From an uncultured Candidatus Binatia bacterium (lineage in GTDB: Bacteria > Desulfobacterota > Binatia > UBA9968 > JAJDTQ01): a DNA stretch of 64,000 nt. Of the stretch, positions 20,597-31,000 are shown piece after piece. The first letter of the stretch is position 1. Each line of letters starts with the position of its first letter. Below the pieces are notes generated by a model. The model worked only from the letters and a program-made list of their open reading frames with translations, was not told where the DNA came from and did no database searches. The stretch spans positions 1,344,001-1,408,000 of the forward strand of contig OZ219754.1 in assembly GCA_964291295.2 (NCBI GenBank), written 5' to 3'. Position numbers and translations under genes: made by a program.

Positions 20597-21777
20597 TGCC
20601 GTGGTCCCGGGCCCGCGAATCGCTGTCGCGCCGCGCGGAGCAGCTGTTCCGCCCGCTGTCGAAGAGGCTGCGGTGACTCCCTCAGCGCCTTGGCGAACAG
20701 ACCGATGGATGCGAGCCCCACGACCAGGTTGGGCAGCCACGGTCCCAGGCCGGACGGAATCCTGGCCGTCTCCGCCATGGCCGTGCCCACGGAAAGCAGC
20801 GCATAGTAGGCGAAAAGCCAGGCCAGACATGAGGCGACTCCGTGAGAACGTCCCGCCGGTACCCGGTTGGGAACCAGGACGATGGCGATGCCCAGGACGG
20901 CGAAGATCAGCGGCGCGAACGGGAAGGCGAAGCGCCGATGAAGTTCCATGATCTCCGGGACGGCCGCCTCCCCGTGCGCGGACTTCGACCGGATCGTCTC
21001 CCGCAGCCGCGGCAGCGGCATCTCCCCGGGCCGCCGCCGCTGCGGGGTCAGCGGCGCCAGGAGTTGGCCCAGTTCAAGGTGCAGGTTGTAGACGTTGAAC
21101 GACGTCTGGCTGAATTCCGCCCGCTTTCTCCGGCGCTCATGGACCGTCCCGTCGTACAGCCTCAGGCCCAGGGAGTCGGCGCCGGAATGTAGCAGCGCGA
21201 CCCGTCCGATGATAACATTTTCGGAGTTCCGGTCTCTCCGGTCGACGATCAACACCCCCTGAAAGGTGTTGCCGGGGGGGACGACCCTGTCGACGTAGAT
21301 CAACACGCCGGGAACGATATCGTTGAACACTTGTTCCTTGAGCAGCGAACCGGCACGGCTCTGTGCGATCGAGTAGAGTTCCTGCTTGACGGCCAGGTTC
21401 GCAGCGGGCCTGGCAAATACCGACAGGCCCAGGGTGAGCAGCGATACCGCCAGCGCCGCCAGGCCCACGGGGATCAGGAAGTGGAGTGGACCGACGCCGC
21501 ACGCCTTGAGGGCCAGCGCCTCGCTGTCCCGGGCAAGGCGGCCGCAACCGTACAGGATTCCGAGCAGGAAGGCCATGGGCAGCGTTGTTTCCAGGAGCGC
21601 CGGCAGCACGAGCACGAAGAGTTTTGCGACCTGGCCCACGGACGCGCCGCGGCTGACGACGAGCTCGACGAGTTGGACGATGCGGCCGGCGAGGAATACG
21701 AGGGTGAACGCGAAGAGCCCGATCAGGAACGGCGGGATGATCTGACCAGCTACATAGACGCTCAAGGTCCGATGCAC
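20593..21777 (-). CDS. lptF: LPS export ABC transporter permease LptF
   Basis: GRLARDSEALALKACGVG YjgP/Q motif, ELHRRFAFP and WLPN. First gene of the F/G pair; GTG 21777 chosen as start. Confidence 0.85.
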   Translation of the reverse strand: MHRTLSVYVAGQIIPPFLIGLFAFTLVFLAGRIVQLVELVVSRGASVGQVAKLFVLVLPALLETTLPMAFLLGILYGCGRLARDSEALALKACGVGPLHFLIPVGLAALAVSLLTLGLSVFARPAANLAVKQELYSIAQSRAGSLLKEQVFNDIVPGVLIYVDRVVPPGNTFQGVLIVDRRDRNSENVIIGRVALLHSGADSLGLRLYDGTVHERRRKRAEFSQTSFNVYNLHLELGQLLAPLTPQRRRPGEMPLPRLRETIRSKSAHGEAAVPEIMELHRRFAFPFAPLIFAVLGIAIVLVPNRVPAGRSHGVASCLAWLFAYYALLSVGTAMAETARIPSGLGPWLPNLVVGLASIGLFAKALRESPQPLRQRAEQLLRAARQRFAGPGPRQ

Positions 21778-21854
21778 ACTGGCAAGGGTATCGTTCTTTG
21801 ATGAATTCCTCAATCCGGCAACGCGGCTGCGGCGGCAACCAGCGGCGGGCCGGC

Positions 21855-22622
21855 ATGCAGGATGACCGGAGAGAAGGCAGGCGCCCGCCGGAGGGGATGC
21901 TCTTGTACGGGATCCATCCGGTGCGGGAAAAGCTGCGGGCGGCGCCTGACGAGATCATCGAGTTGCTGCTGGTCTCGGGCGCCCGCGGTTCCTCCCGCCA
22001 TGGGCTGGAGCAGATGGCCCGGCAGCGGCGTCGCCCGGTTTCGGTGGTGGACGCGCGGGCGCTGGATGCGTTGACGAAAGGGGCGCCGCATCAGGGAGTG
22101 GCCGCCCGGGTGGCGCCGTTCGCCTACGGATCGTTCCAGGAACTGCTGCTGGCGGCGGTGCCTTCCCCGGGCGCCGACCGGGTGCTGTTCCTGGACGGGG
22201 TCCGGGACCCGCGGAATTTCGGCAGCATCCTGCGTACGTGCGAGGCCATGGGGGTGAGCCGCATCGTGATACCGCAGGACCGCGCCGCCGGCGTTACCGG
22301 GGCCGTGATCAAGGCCTCCGCCGGCGCCGTCCATCATGTGAGACTCTACCGCATCCCGAACCTCTTTCGAGGGGTCATGGCGTTGCGGGAACGGGGCTAT
22401 TGGCTGGTGGGGCTGGACGCTCGGGCGGATGACCGGGCGTGGGAACGGGTCTATCCGGAGAAGCTGGCCGTGGTCCTGGGCGGGGAGGAGCGGGGTATCC
22501 GGCCGCGTCTCCGCGGTTGCTGCGATTATCTGGTTTCGATTCCGATGGCCGGCCGTGTCGATTCGTTGAACGTCAGCGTAGCCTGGGGAATGTTCGCCTA
22601 CGAGTTGAGGAGAAATGGGTGA
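21855..22622 (+). CDS. rlmB: 23S rRNA (guanosine-2'-O)-methyltransferase RlmB (SpoU family)
   Basis: LYGIHPV, HQGVAA, DPRNFGSILRT, KASAGA, GGEERG and SLNVSVA SPOUT motifs. Start uncertain (21798, 21855 or 21897). Confidence 0.85.
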   Translation: MQDDRREGRRPPEGMLLYGIHPVREKLRAAPDEIIELLLVSGARGSSRHGLEQMARQRRRPVSVVDARALDALTKGAPHQGVAARVAPFAYGSFQELLLAAVPSPGADRVLFLDGVRDPRNFGSILRTCEAMGVSRIVIPQDRAAGVTGAVIKASAGAVHHVRLYRIPNLFRGVMALRERGYWLVGLDARADDRAWERVYPEKLAVVLGGEERGIRPRLRGCCDYLVSIPMAGRVDSLNVSVAWGMFAYELRRNG

Positions 22623-22891
22623 CTGGGCAGGGAAACTTCGCAAATGCTCGACAACGGCCCGGCAATGTCCGGCCCGTCTGCTGCCGGCTTGATGCGGCCT
22701 CCAGCGGCCGGGATTCCGCCGGATCGAAGACGTGCCGGGCGCTGCGCACGCCAGGACCGGCCAGCCCCGGCAGCCATGGGCCGCAGGCATCCGGGAAATG
22801 GTCTGCGATGCGGCCGGGAGCGTCACTTCGCGCCCGGTTGCGAAAGTTGCTCTCCAAGAGGGCGAAATTCGGCGGTTCTGCTCAGGCCCCG

Positions 22892-22921
22892 TTGACATTG
22901 TCTCCGGCAAATGCTTTAAAT
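22892..22921 (+). promoter_or_regulatory. Candidate promoter for the tRNA-Thr/Tyr/Gly/Thr-tuf operon
   Basis: Perfect TTGACA at 22892 with AT-rich TTTAAAT 17-18 nt downstream; the -10 match is imperfect. Confidence 0.45.
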
Positions 22922-22942
22922 CCAGATTGTCCGTAGACCACA

Positions 22943-22974
22943 TGTGCCCTTTCCCTGTGCCCTCTCTGTGCCCT
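22943..22974. repeat. Three copies of TGTGCCCT at 11-13 nt spacing
   Basis: tgtgccctttccc / tgtgccctctc / tgtgccct. Confidence 0.55.
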
Positions 22975-23040
22975 GTTTCAGGCTGTTTCCAGGGAGAGGA
23001 TTCGTGTGGCTTTTTGTTCTTGGGCGTGAGGCTTTGATCC

Positions 23041-23115
23041 GCTGGCGTAGCTCAACGGTAGAGCAGCTGATTTGTAATCAGCAGGTTGTAGGTTCAAATC
23101 CTATCGCCAGCTCCA
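23041..23115 (+). tRNA. tRNA-Thr (TGT)
   Basis: Acceptor GCTGGCG/CGCCAGC, anticodon GCTGA-ttTGTaa-TCAGC, encoded CCA. Confidence 0.96.
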
Positions 23116-23200
23116 CGTGAGCGAACCTGCGGAAGCGGGGCCTGCGGAGGCTTTCCGATTCGCGCAAGAACCTGCAGAGGCGAGTCAGGGAGAGAGTAAG

Positions 23201-23286
23201 GGAGAGGTTCCCGAGTGGACAAAGGGAGCAGACTGTAAATCTGCCGCCGATCGGCTTCGGAGGTTCGAATCCTCCCCTCTCCACCA
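23201..23286 (+). tRNA. tRNA-Tyr (GTA)
   Basis: Acceptor GGAGAGG/CCTCTCC, anticodon GCAGA-ctGTAaa-TCTGC, long variable arm and CCA. Confidence 0.96.
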
Positions 23287-23320
23287 TCAGTTGCAGGACT
23301 CTGGAACGAAGGAGTCATTT

Positions 23321-23397
23321 GCGGGAATAGCTCAGTTGGCTAGAGCACGAGCCTTCCAAGCTCGGGGTCGCGGGTTCGAATCCCGTTTCCCGCTCCA
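23321..23397 (+). tRNA. tRNA-Gly (TCC)
   Basis: Acceptor GCGGGAA/TTCCCGC, anticodon CGAGC-ctTCCaa-GCTCG, encoded CCA. Confidence 0.96.
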
Positions 23398-23477
23398 CAG
23401 TGTATCCGTGTCCGTGGGAAGCGGCCATGTCTGGCGTCAACCGTCGCTGCCGGCCGTCTTCCGTCATGTGACCCCAT

Positions 23478-23550
23478 GCCCAGGTAGCTCAGTCGGTAGA
23501 GCACGTCCTTGGTAAGGACGAGGTCGGCGGTTCAAGCCCGCTCCTGGGCT
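23478..23550 (+). tRNA. tRNA-Thr (GGT)
   Basis: Acceptor GCCCAGG/CCTGGGC, anticodon CGTCC-ttGGTaa-GGACG. CCA is not encoded. Standard thr-tyr-gly-thr-tuf order. Confidence 0.95.
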
Positions 23551-23604
23551 TTGCCTGTTTCTCAAGGACTGAATCGATTTGCGTGACACATACAGGAGGC
23601 GAAG

Positions 23605-24795
23605 ATGAGCAAGGCGAAATTCGAGCGCACCAAACCACACCTCAACATCGGTACCATCGGTCATGTCGATCACGGAAAGACCACTCTGACCGCTGCCATC
23701 ACGAAGGTGCTGGCGGAGAAGGGGTCGGCGGACTTCGTGCCCTTCGATCAGATCGACAAGGCGCCGGAAGAGCGGGAGCGCGGCGTCACCATCAACATCG
23801 CGCACGTGGAGTACCAGACCGACAAGCGGCACTACGCCCACGTGGATTGCCCCGGACACGCGGACTACGTGAAGAACATGATCACCGGTGCCGCGCAGAT
23901 GGACGGCGCGATCCTGGTGGTGTCCGCGGCCGACGGGCCCATGCCGCAGACCCGTGAGCACATCCTGCTGGCGCGCCAGGTGGGCGTTCCTTCCATCGTC
24001 GTCTATCTCAACAAGGCCGACATGGTGGACGACCCCGAGCTGCTGGAGCTGGTGGAGCTGGAGGTGAGGGAGTTGTTGTCCAAGTATCAGTTCCCGGGCG
24101 ACGACATTCCCGTCATCACCGGCAGTGCCCTGAAGGCCCTCGAGGGCGAGGCCGGCGAACTGGGCACCGACTCCATCATCAGGCTGATGGATGCGGTGGA
24201 CAGTTACGTCCCCGATCCGCTCCGGGACGTGGACAAGCCGTTCATCATGCCGGTGGAGGATGTCTTCACCATCAGCGGTCGCGGCACGGTGGTGACCGGA
24301 AGGGTGGAGCGCGGCATCCTGCACGTGGGCGACGAGGTCGAGATCGTCGGGCTGAAAGAGACGCAGAAGACGGTGGCGACCGGCGTCGAGATGTTCCGCA
24401 AGCTCCTCGACGAAGGACAGGCCGGCGACAACATCGGCGTCCTCCTGAGGGGCGTCAAGCGCGACGAGGTGGAGCGGGGGCAGGTGCTTGCCAAGCCCAG
24501 GACGGTCACGCCCCACACGAAGTTCAAGGCCGAGGCCTACATTCTGACCAAGGATGAGGGCGGACGTCATACCCCGTTCTTCAACGGTTACCGGCCGCAG
24601 TTCTATTTTCGCACCACGGACGTGACCGGTGTCGCGACGCTGCCCGAGGGCACCGAGATGATCATCCCCGGCGACAACGTCCACATCGACGTGGATCTCA
24701 TCACCCCCATCGCCATGGAAGATGGACTGCGTTTCGCCATCCGGGAAGGCGGCCGCACCGTAGGTGCGGGGGTCGTCACCGAGATCGTACAGTAG
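23605..24795 (+). CDS. tuf: Elongation factor Tu
   Basis: [20 protein letters not shown] and [13 protein letters not shown] motifs. Confidence 0.99.
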   Translation: MSKAKFERTKPHLNIGTIGHVDHGKTTLTAAITKVLAEKGSADFVPFDQIDKAPEERERGVTINIAHVEYQTDKRHYAHVDCPGHADYVKNMITGAAQMDGAILVVSAADGPMPQTREHILLARQVGVPSIVVYLNKADMVDDPELLELVELEVRELLSKYQFPGDDIPVITGSALKALEGEAGELGTDSIIRLMDAVDSYVPDPLRDVDKPFIMPVEDVFTISGRGTVVTGRVERGILHVGDEVEIVGLKETQKTVATGVEMFRKLLDEGQAGDNIGVLLRGVKRDEVERGQVLAKPRTVTPHTKFKAEAYILTKDEGGRHTPFFNGYRPQFYFRTTDVTGVATLPEGTEMIIPGDNVHIDVDLITPIAMEDGLRFAIREGGRTVGAGVVTEIVQ

Positions 24796-24808
24796 ACGGA
24801 GGTGAGGG

Positions 24809-24961
24809 ATGCGTGATCTGATAGGGCTCGCCTGCGACCGCTGCAAGCGCAAGAACTACACCACGACCAAGAACAGGAAGAAAACCACGGACAAGCTCGA
24901 GTTCAAGAAGTTCTGCGCTCGCTGTCGCAGCCACACGGCGCACAAGGAAATCCGGATCTGA
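24809..24961 (+). CDS. rpmG: 50S ribosomal protein L33 (zinc-ribbon C+ form)
   Basis: Below the track length cut-off. Translates as MRDLIGLACDRCKRKNYTTTKNRKKTTDKLEFKKFCARCRSHTAHKEIRI. Confidence 0.96.
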   Translation: MRDLIGLACDRCKRKNYTTTKNRKKTTDKLEFKKFCARCRSHTAHKEIRI

Positions 24962-24973
24962 GTCGACGGCGCC

Positions 24974-25050
24974 GGGTCAGTAGCTCCAATTGGTAGAGCA
25001 CCGGACTCCAAATCCGGCTGTTGCAGGTTCGAGTCCTGCCTGACCCGCCA
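24974..25050 (+). tRNA. tRNA-Trp (CCA)
   Basis: Acceptor GGGTCAG/CTGACCC, anticodon CCGGA-ctCCAaa-TCCGG, encoded CCA. rpmG-trpT-secE synteny. Confidence 0.96.
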
Positions 25051-25061
25051 CTTTATCGCCG

Positions 25062-25274
25062 ATGGAGAAACTGACCGATTCGTTCTCCTCCGTGTGGCGC
25101 CTGACCGACTTCGTGCGGGAAGCGTGGCAGGAGTTGAAGCGGGTACGCTGGCCCACCAGACGGGAGACTTACGCCGCCACCGGCGTAGTGGTGCTGGTGG
25201 TGGTCTTCTTCGCCCTTTATCTCGGGTTGGTCGATATCCTGCTTTCTTACGCGAGACAGTGGTTGTTGCGTTAG
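25062..25274 (+). CDS. secE: Preprotein translocase subunit SecE
   Basis: FVREAWQELKRVRWPTRRET followed by one TM helix; lies before nusG. Confidence 0.94.
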   Translation: MEKLTDSFSSVWRLTDFVREAWQELKRVRWPTRRETYAATGVVVLVVVFFALYLGLVDILLSYARQWLLR

Positions 25275-25290
25275 TGCGACCGGGTGTCCC

Positions 25291-25824
25291 ATGGCAAAGC
25301 ACTGGTATGTCGTCCATACGTTCGCGGGGTTCGAGCACAAGGCCAAGGCCGCTCTGGAAGAGCGGGTCAAGGTCTTCAAGGGCAATGGCGACTGGTTCGG
25401 CGACATACTCGTGCCGGCCGAAAAGGTCGTCGAGCTGGTGAAGGGAAAGAAGCGGACCTCGTCCCGAAAGTTCTTCCCCGGCTACATCCTCGTCCAGATG
25501 GAGATGAACGACGAGACGTGGCACATCGTCAAGTCCACTCCCAAGGTGACCGGTTTCGTCGGCGGCAGCACGCAGCCGCCGTGGGTCAGCGAGGACGAAA
25601 TGCGGGAGATCATCCACCAGATGGAGGAAGGCGCGGTGCGGCCGCGGCCCCGGGTGGTCTTTTCGGTGGGCGAAAGCGTCAAGGTGGTCGACGGGCCTTT
25701 TTCCGAGTTCAACGGCGTGGTCGAGGAAGTAAAGCCGGAGAAGGGCAAGTTGCGCGTGTTGATCAGCATCTTTGGCCGGGCGACCCCGGTCGAACTGGAC
25801 TTTGTTCAGGTGGAACGGAGCTAG
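25291..25824 (+). CDS. nusG: Transcription termination/antitermination factor NusG
   Basis: [22 protein letters not shown] motif [13 protein letters not shown] and [10 protein letters not shown]. Confidence 0.98.
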   Translation: MAKHWYVVHTFAGFEHKAKAALEERVKVFKGNGDWFGDILVPAEKVVELVKGKKRTSSRKFFPGYILVQMEMNDETWHIVKSTPKVTGFVGGSTQPPWVSEDEMREIIHQMEEGAVRPRPRVVFSVGESVKVVDGPFSEFNGVVEEVKPEKGKLRVLISIFGRATPVELDFVQVERS

Positions 25825-25834
25825 GGAGTTCGGG

Positions 25835-26257
25835 ATGGCAAAGAAGGTGATCGGCGAGATCAAGTTGCAGATACCGGCGGGACAGGCGAACCCGAGCCCG
25901 CCGGTGGGCCCGGCGCTGGGACAACGGGGCGTGAACATCATGGAGTTCTGCAAGGCTTTCAACGCGGCCACCCAGACTCAGCCGGGCATGATCATTCCCG
26001 TCATCATCACGGTCTACGCCGACCGCACTTTCAGCTTCATCACCAAGACCCCGCCGGCCGCGGTGTTGTTGAAAAAGGCGGCCGGTCTCGACAAGGGCGC
26101 CGCGGAGCCCGGCAAGGAAACGAAGGGCGAGGTCACCAGGGCGCAGGTGCAGGAGATCGCTCGGGTCAAGCTGCCCGATCTCACCAGTGCCAGCATCGAG
26201 GCGGCGGTCCGGACGGTGGAGGGGACCGCCCGGAGTCTCGGGCTCAAGGTGGTCTGA
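25835..26257 (+). CDS. rplK: 50S ribosomal protein L11
   Basis: MAKKV...[16 protein letters not shown] and KTPPA. Confidence 0.98.
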   Translation: MAKKVIGEIKLQIPAGQANPSPPVGPALGQRGVNIMEFCKAFNAATQTQPGMIIPVIITVYADRTFSFITKTPPAAVLLKKAAGLDKGAAEPGKETKGEVTRAQVQEIARVKLPDLTSASIEAAVRTVEGTARSLGLKVV

Positions 26258-26275
26258 TCGGATCCGGGGGATGCA

Positions 26276-26980
26276 ATGAGAACGAAGGGCAAGAAGTACC
26301 AGGGTGCTGCCGGCAAGCGGGACCGGACCCGAAGGTATCCGCTGGAAGAGGGGATACGGATCGTCAAGGAAACGGCGACGGCCAAGTTCGATGAGACTGT
26401 CGAGTTGTCCGTCCGGCTCGGCGTCGATCCGAGGCGGGCGGACCAGAACATTCGCGGCGCGGTAGGATTGCCGCACGGGCTCGGCAAACCGGTCCGGGTC
26501 CTGGCGTTCGCCAAGGGCGAGAAGGAGAAGGAGGCGGCGGATGCGGGGGCCGAATTCGTCGGCAATGATGACCTGATCAAGAGGATCACCGAGGGGTGGC
26601 TCGATTTCGACAAGGTTGTGGCTACCCCCGACATGATGGGGGCGGTAGGCCGTATCGGCAAGATCCTCGGGCCTCGAGGCCTGATGCCGAACCCCCGGTC
26701 CGGGACCGTCGCCATGGAGATCGGCAAGGCGGTCCGGGAGATCAAGGCGGGGCGGTTGGAGTACCGTGTGGACAAGGCGGGTATCGTTCATCTGCCCATC
26801 GGCAAGGTATCCTTCGAGCCGGACGCGCTCGTGGACAATGCAAGGGCCGTGGTGGGCGCCCTGGTACGGGCCAAGCCCGCCGCCGCCAAGGGTACCTACA
26901 TCAGGAGCGTGGCCGTCGCCGCCACCATGGGGCCGGGGGTCAGGATCGATCCGGCGGAAGCCCGCACGATGGCGGTCTGA
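26276..26980 (+). CDS. rplA: 50S ribosomal protein L1
   Basis: [23 protein letters not shown] and TMGPGV motifs. Confidence 0.98.
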   Translation: MRTKGKKYQGAAGKRDRTRRYPLEEGIRIVKETATAKFDETVELSVRLGVDPRRADQNIRGAVGLPHGLGKPVRVLAFAKGEKEKEAADAGAEFVGNDDLIKRITEGWLDFDKVVATPDMMGAVGRIGKILGPRGLMPNPRSGTVAMEIGKAVREIKAGRLEYRVDKAGIVHLPIGKVSFEPDALVDNARAVVGALVRAKPAAAKGTYIRSVAVAATMGPGVRIDPAEARTMAV

Positions 26981-27010
26981 GCCACCTGCGGCGTTTGACT
27001 GGAGAACAGC

Positions 27011-27526
27011 GTGGATCGTCAGGAAAAGACGGCAGTCGTCGGTGAGTTCAAGGAGCGGTTCACCAACGCCACCATGGCGGTGGTGACCGACTATCGCGGG
27101 CTGTCCGTCGGCAAGATGACGCAGCTTCGTTGCGACGTTCGCGAGGCGGCCGGAGAGTACAGGATCGCCAAGAACAACCTGGTGCGGCTGGCGATAAGGG
27201 AGACGTCGTATCAGGCCCTGGAGGACTGCCTGACCGGTCCCAACGGCTGGGTGTTCGCCTACGACGACCCCGTGGTTCTTTCGAAGGCCCTGGTCAGGTT
27301 CGCGGAGCAGAACCAGGAGTTGACCATCAAGGGCGCGGTTCTGGACGGAGAGTTGCTGGAGCCCGTCCGGTTCAAGGGGTTGGCCAGCTTGCCGAGCCTG
27401 CCGGAACTGCAGGCGCAGGTGCTTTCACTGATGCAGGCGCCGGCCAGCCGCCTGTTGCGGACCATCCAGGAGCCGGGGGGTCAACTGGTGCGGCTGCTCG
27501 ACGCGCTCAAGGAAGGCAAGGGATAG
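27011..27526 (+). CDS. rplJ: 50S ribosomal protein L10
   Basis: DYRGLSV, KNNL, TGPN and LASLPS motifs; GTG start; synteny. Confidence 0.95.
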   Translation: MDRQEKTAVVGEFKERFTNATMAVVTDYRGLSVGKMTQLRCDVREAAGEYRIAKNNLVRLAIRETSYQALEDCLTGPNGWVFAYDDPVVLSKALVRFAEQNQELTIKGAVLDGELLEPVRFKGLASLPSLPELQAQVLSLMQAPASRLLRTIQEPGGQLVRLLDALKEGKG

Positions 27527-27622
27527 GGACGGCTCTCCGACCGCCCCGCGTGCGCGGGCGGCGCGACCACGGCCAGGGGGTCGGGAGATCGCCATCACGA
27601 CATTCGAGGGGGGAGTTGACCA

Positions 27623-27994
27623 ATGGAAGTGAGTCGGGAACAAGTCAAGGATTTCATCAAGAACATGTCGCTGCTGGAAGCGGCGAGCCTGGTGAAGGAG
27701 CTGGAGGAAGAACTCGGCGTGAGTGCGGCGGCGCCCGTCGCCGTGGCCGCGGCGCCCGTCGCCGAGGCGGCGGTTGAGGAAAAGACCGAGTTCGACGCCG
27801 TGTTGACCAGTGCCGGCGAGAAGAAGATCCAGGTCATCAAGGTGGTCCGGGAGATCACGGGCCTGGGGTTGAAGGAGGCCAAGGACCTCGTCGACGGGGC
27901 GCCGAAGAACGTCAAGGAGGGCGTGTCGAAGGACGAGGCCGAGGACGTCAAGAACAAGATCGAGGAGGTGGGCGGACAGGTTGAAGTCAAGTAG
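27623..27994 (+). CDS. rplL: 50S ribosomal protein L7/L12
   Basis: GVSAAAPVA hinge, EEKTEFD and [24 protein letters not shown]. Confidence 0.98.
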   Translation: MEVSREQVKDFIKNMSLLEAASLVKELEEELGVSAAAPVAVAAAPVAEAAVEEKTEFDAVLTSAGEKKIQVIKVVREITGLGLKEAKDLVDGAPKNVKEGVSKDEAEDVKNKIEEVGGQVEVK

Positions 27995-28066
27995 CGTAGC
28001 CGGATGCCGGAGGCCCGGCCGCAAGTGCCGGACGTCATTGGTCAGGGTCGAGTGAAAGGGGAGCGC

Positions 28067-31000
28067 ATGCCGGTTCAGGTAGCCAACAATGTGAGACTGC
28101 GCCGGGGCTTCGGGCGGACCCGGAAAATCATCGATCTGCCGTATCTCGTCGAGATACAGAGAAACTCCTACGATCTTTTCCTGCAGCGGGAGGTTCCGGA
28201 AGACCAGCGGCAGGACATCGGCCTGCAGGCCGTGTTCAAGTCCGTGTTTCCCATCAGGGACTTCAACGACACGGCTTCGCTGGAATACGTCAGCTATTCC
28301 CTGGGGGAGCCCAAGTACGACGTCGACGAGTGTCACGAGCGAGGCATGAACTTTGCCGCGCCGCTCAAGGTGACGGTGCGGCTGGTGCTCTGGGACGTCG
28401 ACGCCCAGAGCGACTCCCGGAGCATCCGCAACGTCAAGGAACAGGAAGTCTACTTCGGCGAGGTGCCGCTGATGACCCGGAATGGCACCTTCATGATCAA
28501 CGGCACCGAGCGGGTCATTGTCAGTCAGCTCCACCGCTCGCCGGGCGTGTTCTTCGAGCACGACAAGGGCAAGACCCACGCCAGCGGAAAGTTCCTGTAC
28601 TCGGCCCGGGTCATCCCCTATCGTGGTTCGTGGCTCGACTTCGAGTTCGATCCCAAGGACATCCTGTTCGTCCGCATCGACCGCCGGCGGAAACTCCATG
28701 TCACCGTCCTGCTGCGCGCCTTGGGAATGGAGCCCGAGGAGCTGCTGCAGTACTTCTACAAGACCGATACGGTGGAGTGTGGCGGCGACCGGCCCATGCT
28801 CGACGTGAAGCCCCGGCAGCTCCTGGGGCTGAAGGCGACCTGCGACGTCCGGGATCCGGCAACCAACAATCTCATCGTCCGGGAAGGGCGCCGCTTCACG
28901 CGCGCGGTGATGCGCCAGATCGAAAATGCGCAGATCCGGCAGGTCCCCATCACATGGGAGGACGTCGTGGGCCGGGTGGCGGCGCACGACATCGTCGATC
29001 CGAAGTCGAGCCAGGTGATCGTCGAATGCAATGAGGCCATTACCCAGGAGAGTCTGGACCACATCCGTGACAGCCGGGTCGGCCGTTTCGAAGTGTTCTT
29101 CCTGGACGATGCGGAGACCGGACCCTTTCTGCGCAACACGCTCCTGCAGGACAAGATGCAGTCCAGCGAGGAGGCTCTGAAGGAGATCTACCGGCGGTTG
29201 CGTCCGGGGGACCCCCCGACCCGGGAGACCGCCGCCACCTTCTTCAAGAACCTGTTCTTCAGCGCCGACCGCTATGATCTGTCGCGGGTCGGACGGCTGA
29301 AGCTCAACCACCGGCTCAAGCTGGATGCGCCCCTGGAGCACGGCGTTCTGCGCAAGGAAGACATTCTCGAGGTCGTGCGCTACCTCATCGTGTTGAGAAA
29401 CGGCGGCGGGTCCGTGGACGATATCGACCACTTGGGCAATCGCCGAGTGAGGCCGGTGGGCGAGCTCGTGGAGAATCATTTCCGTATCGGCCTCGTGCGC
29501 ATGGAGCGGGCCATCAAGGAGAAGATGAGCCTGCAGGATATCGACACGCTGATGCCGCAGGAATTCATCAACCACAAGCCGGTTTCCGCGGCCCTGAAGG
29601 AGTTCTTCGGTTCGAGCCAGTTGTCCCAGTTCCTGGACCAGACCAATCCGCTGTCGGAGATCACCCACAAGCGGCGGTTGTCCGCGCTGGGTCCCGGTGG
29701 CCTTACGCGGGAGCGGGCCGGCTTCGAAGTCCGCGACGTCCATCCGACCCACTATGGCCGGGTCTGCCCCATCGAGACACCGGAGGGGCCGAATATCGGC
29801 CTCATTGCCTCGCTGTCCACTTACGCGCGGGTGAACGAGTTCGGTTTCATCGAGACGCCCTACCGGGAGGTTCTGGAAGGGCGGGTGACGGACCGAATCC
29901 GGTTTCTTTCCGCGCTGGAAGAGGAGGACCATGTCATCGCGCAGGCCAATGCGGCCCTCGATTCCGAGGGTCGGTTCGCGCAGGACCTGGTGTCCGCCCG
30001 CAAGTCCGGCGAGTTCGTGATGGCCCACCCGGACAGCGTGAACTTCATGGATGTGTCGCCCAATCAGCTCGTGAGCGTCGCCGCCTCGCTCATCCCCTTT
30101 CTGGAGAACGACGATGCCAATCGGGCGCTGATGGGCTCCAACATGCAGCGCCAGGCCGTGCCGCTGCTGCGCCCGGAGGCGCCGCTGGTGGGTACCGGAA
30201 TGGAGCAGGTGGTGGCCCGGGACTCCGGTGCAACGGTGGTGGCGGCCCGGAGCGGCACGGTGGAGAGCGTCGACTCCACCCGAATCGTCATCAAGGCCGA
30301 CCAGGCTTCCGGCGCGTATGCGGACACCGGCGTGGATATCTACAGCCTGGTCAAGTACCAGCGCTCGAATCAGAACACCTGCATCAACCAGCGGCCCATC
30401 GCGCGCGTCGGCGACTACGTGAACGAGGGGGACGTCGTCGCCGACGGGCCGTCCACCGAGATCGGGGATCTCGCGCTGGGGCGGAACCTGCTCGTGGCGC
30501 TCATGCCTTGGGGCGGCTACAACTTCGAGGACTCGATTCTCATCAGCGAACGGGTGGTCAAGGAGGACATCTATACCTCGGTCCACATCGAGGAGTTCGA
30601 GTGCGTGTCCCGGGACACCAAGCTGGGCCCCGAGGAGATCACACGGGACATACCCAACGCCGGCGACGAGGCCCTCAAGGACCTTGATGAGAGCGGGGTG
30701 ATACGGATCGGGGCGGAGGTGAAGCCCGGAGACGTGCTGGTGGGAAAGATCACCCCCAAGGGCGAGACCCAGCTTTCCCCTGAAGAGAAACTGTTGCGCG
30801 CGATCTTCGGGGAGAAGGCGGGCGAGGTGCGGGATTCATCCCTCAAGGTGCCTCCGGGCGTCGAGGGCACCGTCATCAACGTCAGGATCTTCTCGCGCAA
30901 GGGCATCGACAAGGATGAGCGCACCCGGGACATCGAGAGCCAGGAAGTCGCGCGGCTCAACAAGGACCAGCACGACCAGGTCCGCATCGTCCAGGACGGC

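Noticed and set aside
22573-23037. Short ORFs in the rlmB-tRNA-Thr spacer
   Set aside because: They have no motifs or convincing RBS, overlap each other in several frames, and cross the predicted promoter.
29600-29710. RpoB rifampicin-resistance region reads QFLDQ instead of the usual QFMDQ
   Set aside because: The main contact residues (equivalents of Q513, D516, H526 and S531) are intact, so there is no basis to call resistance.
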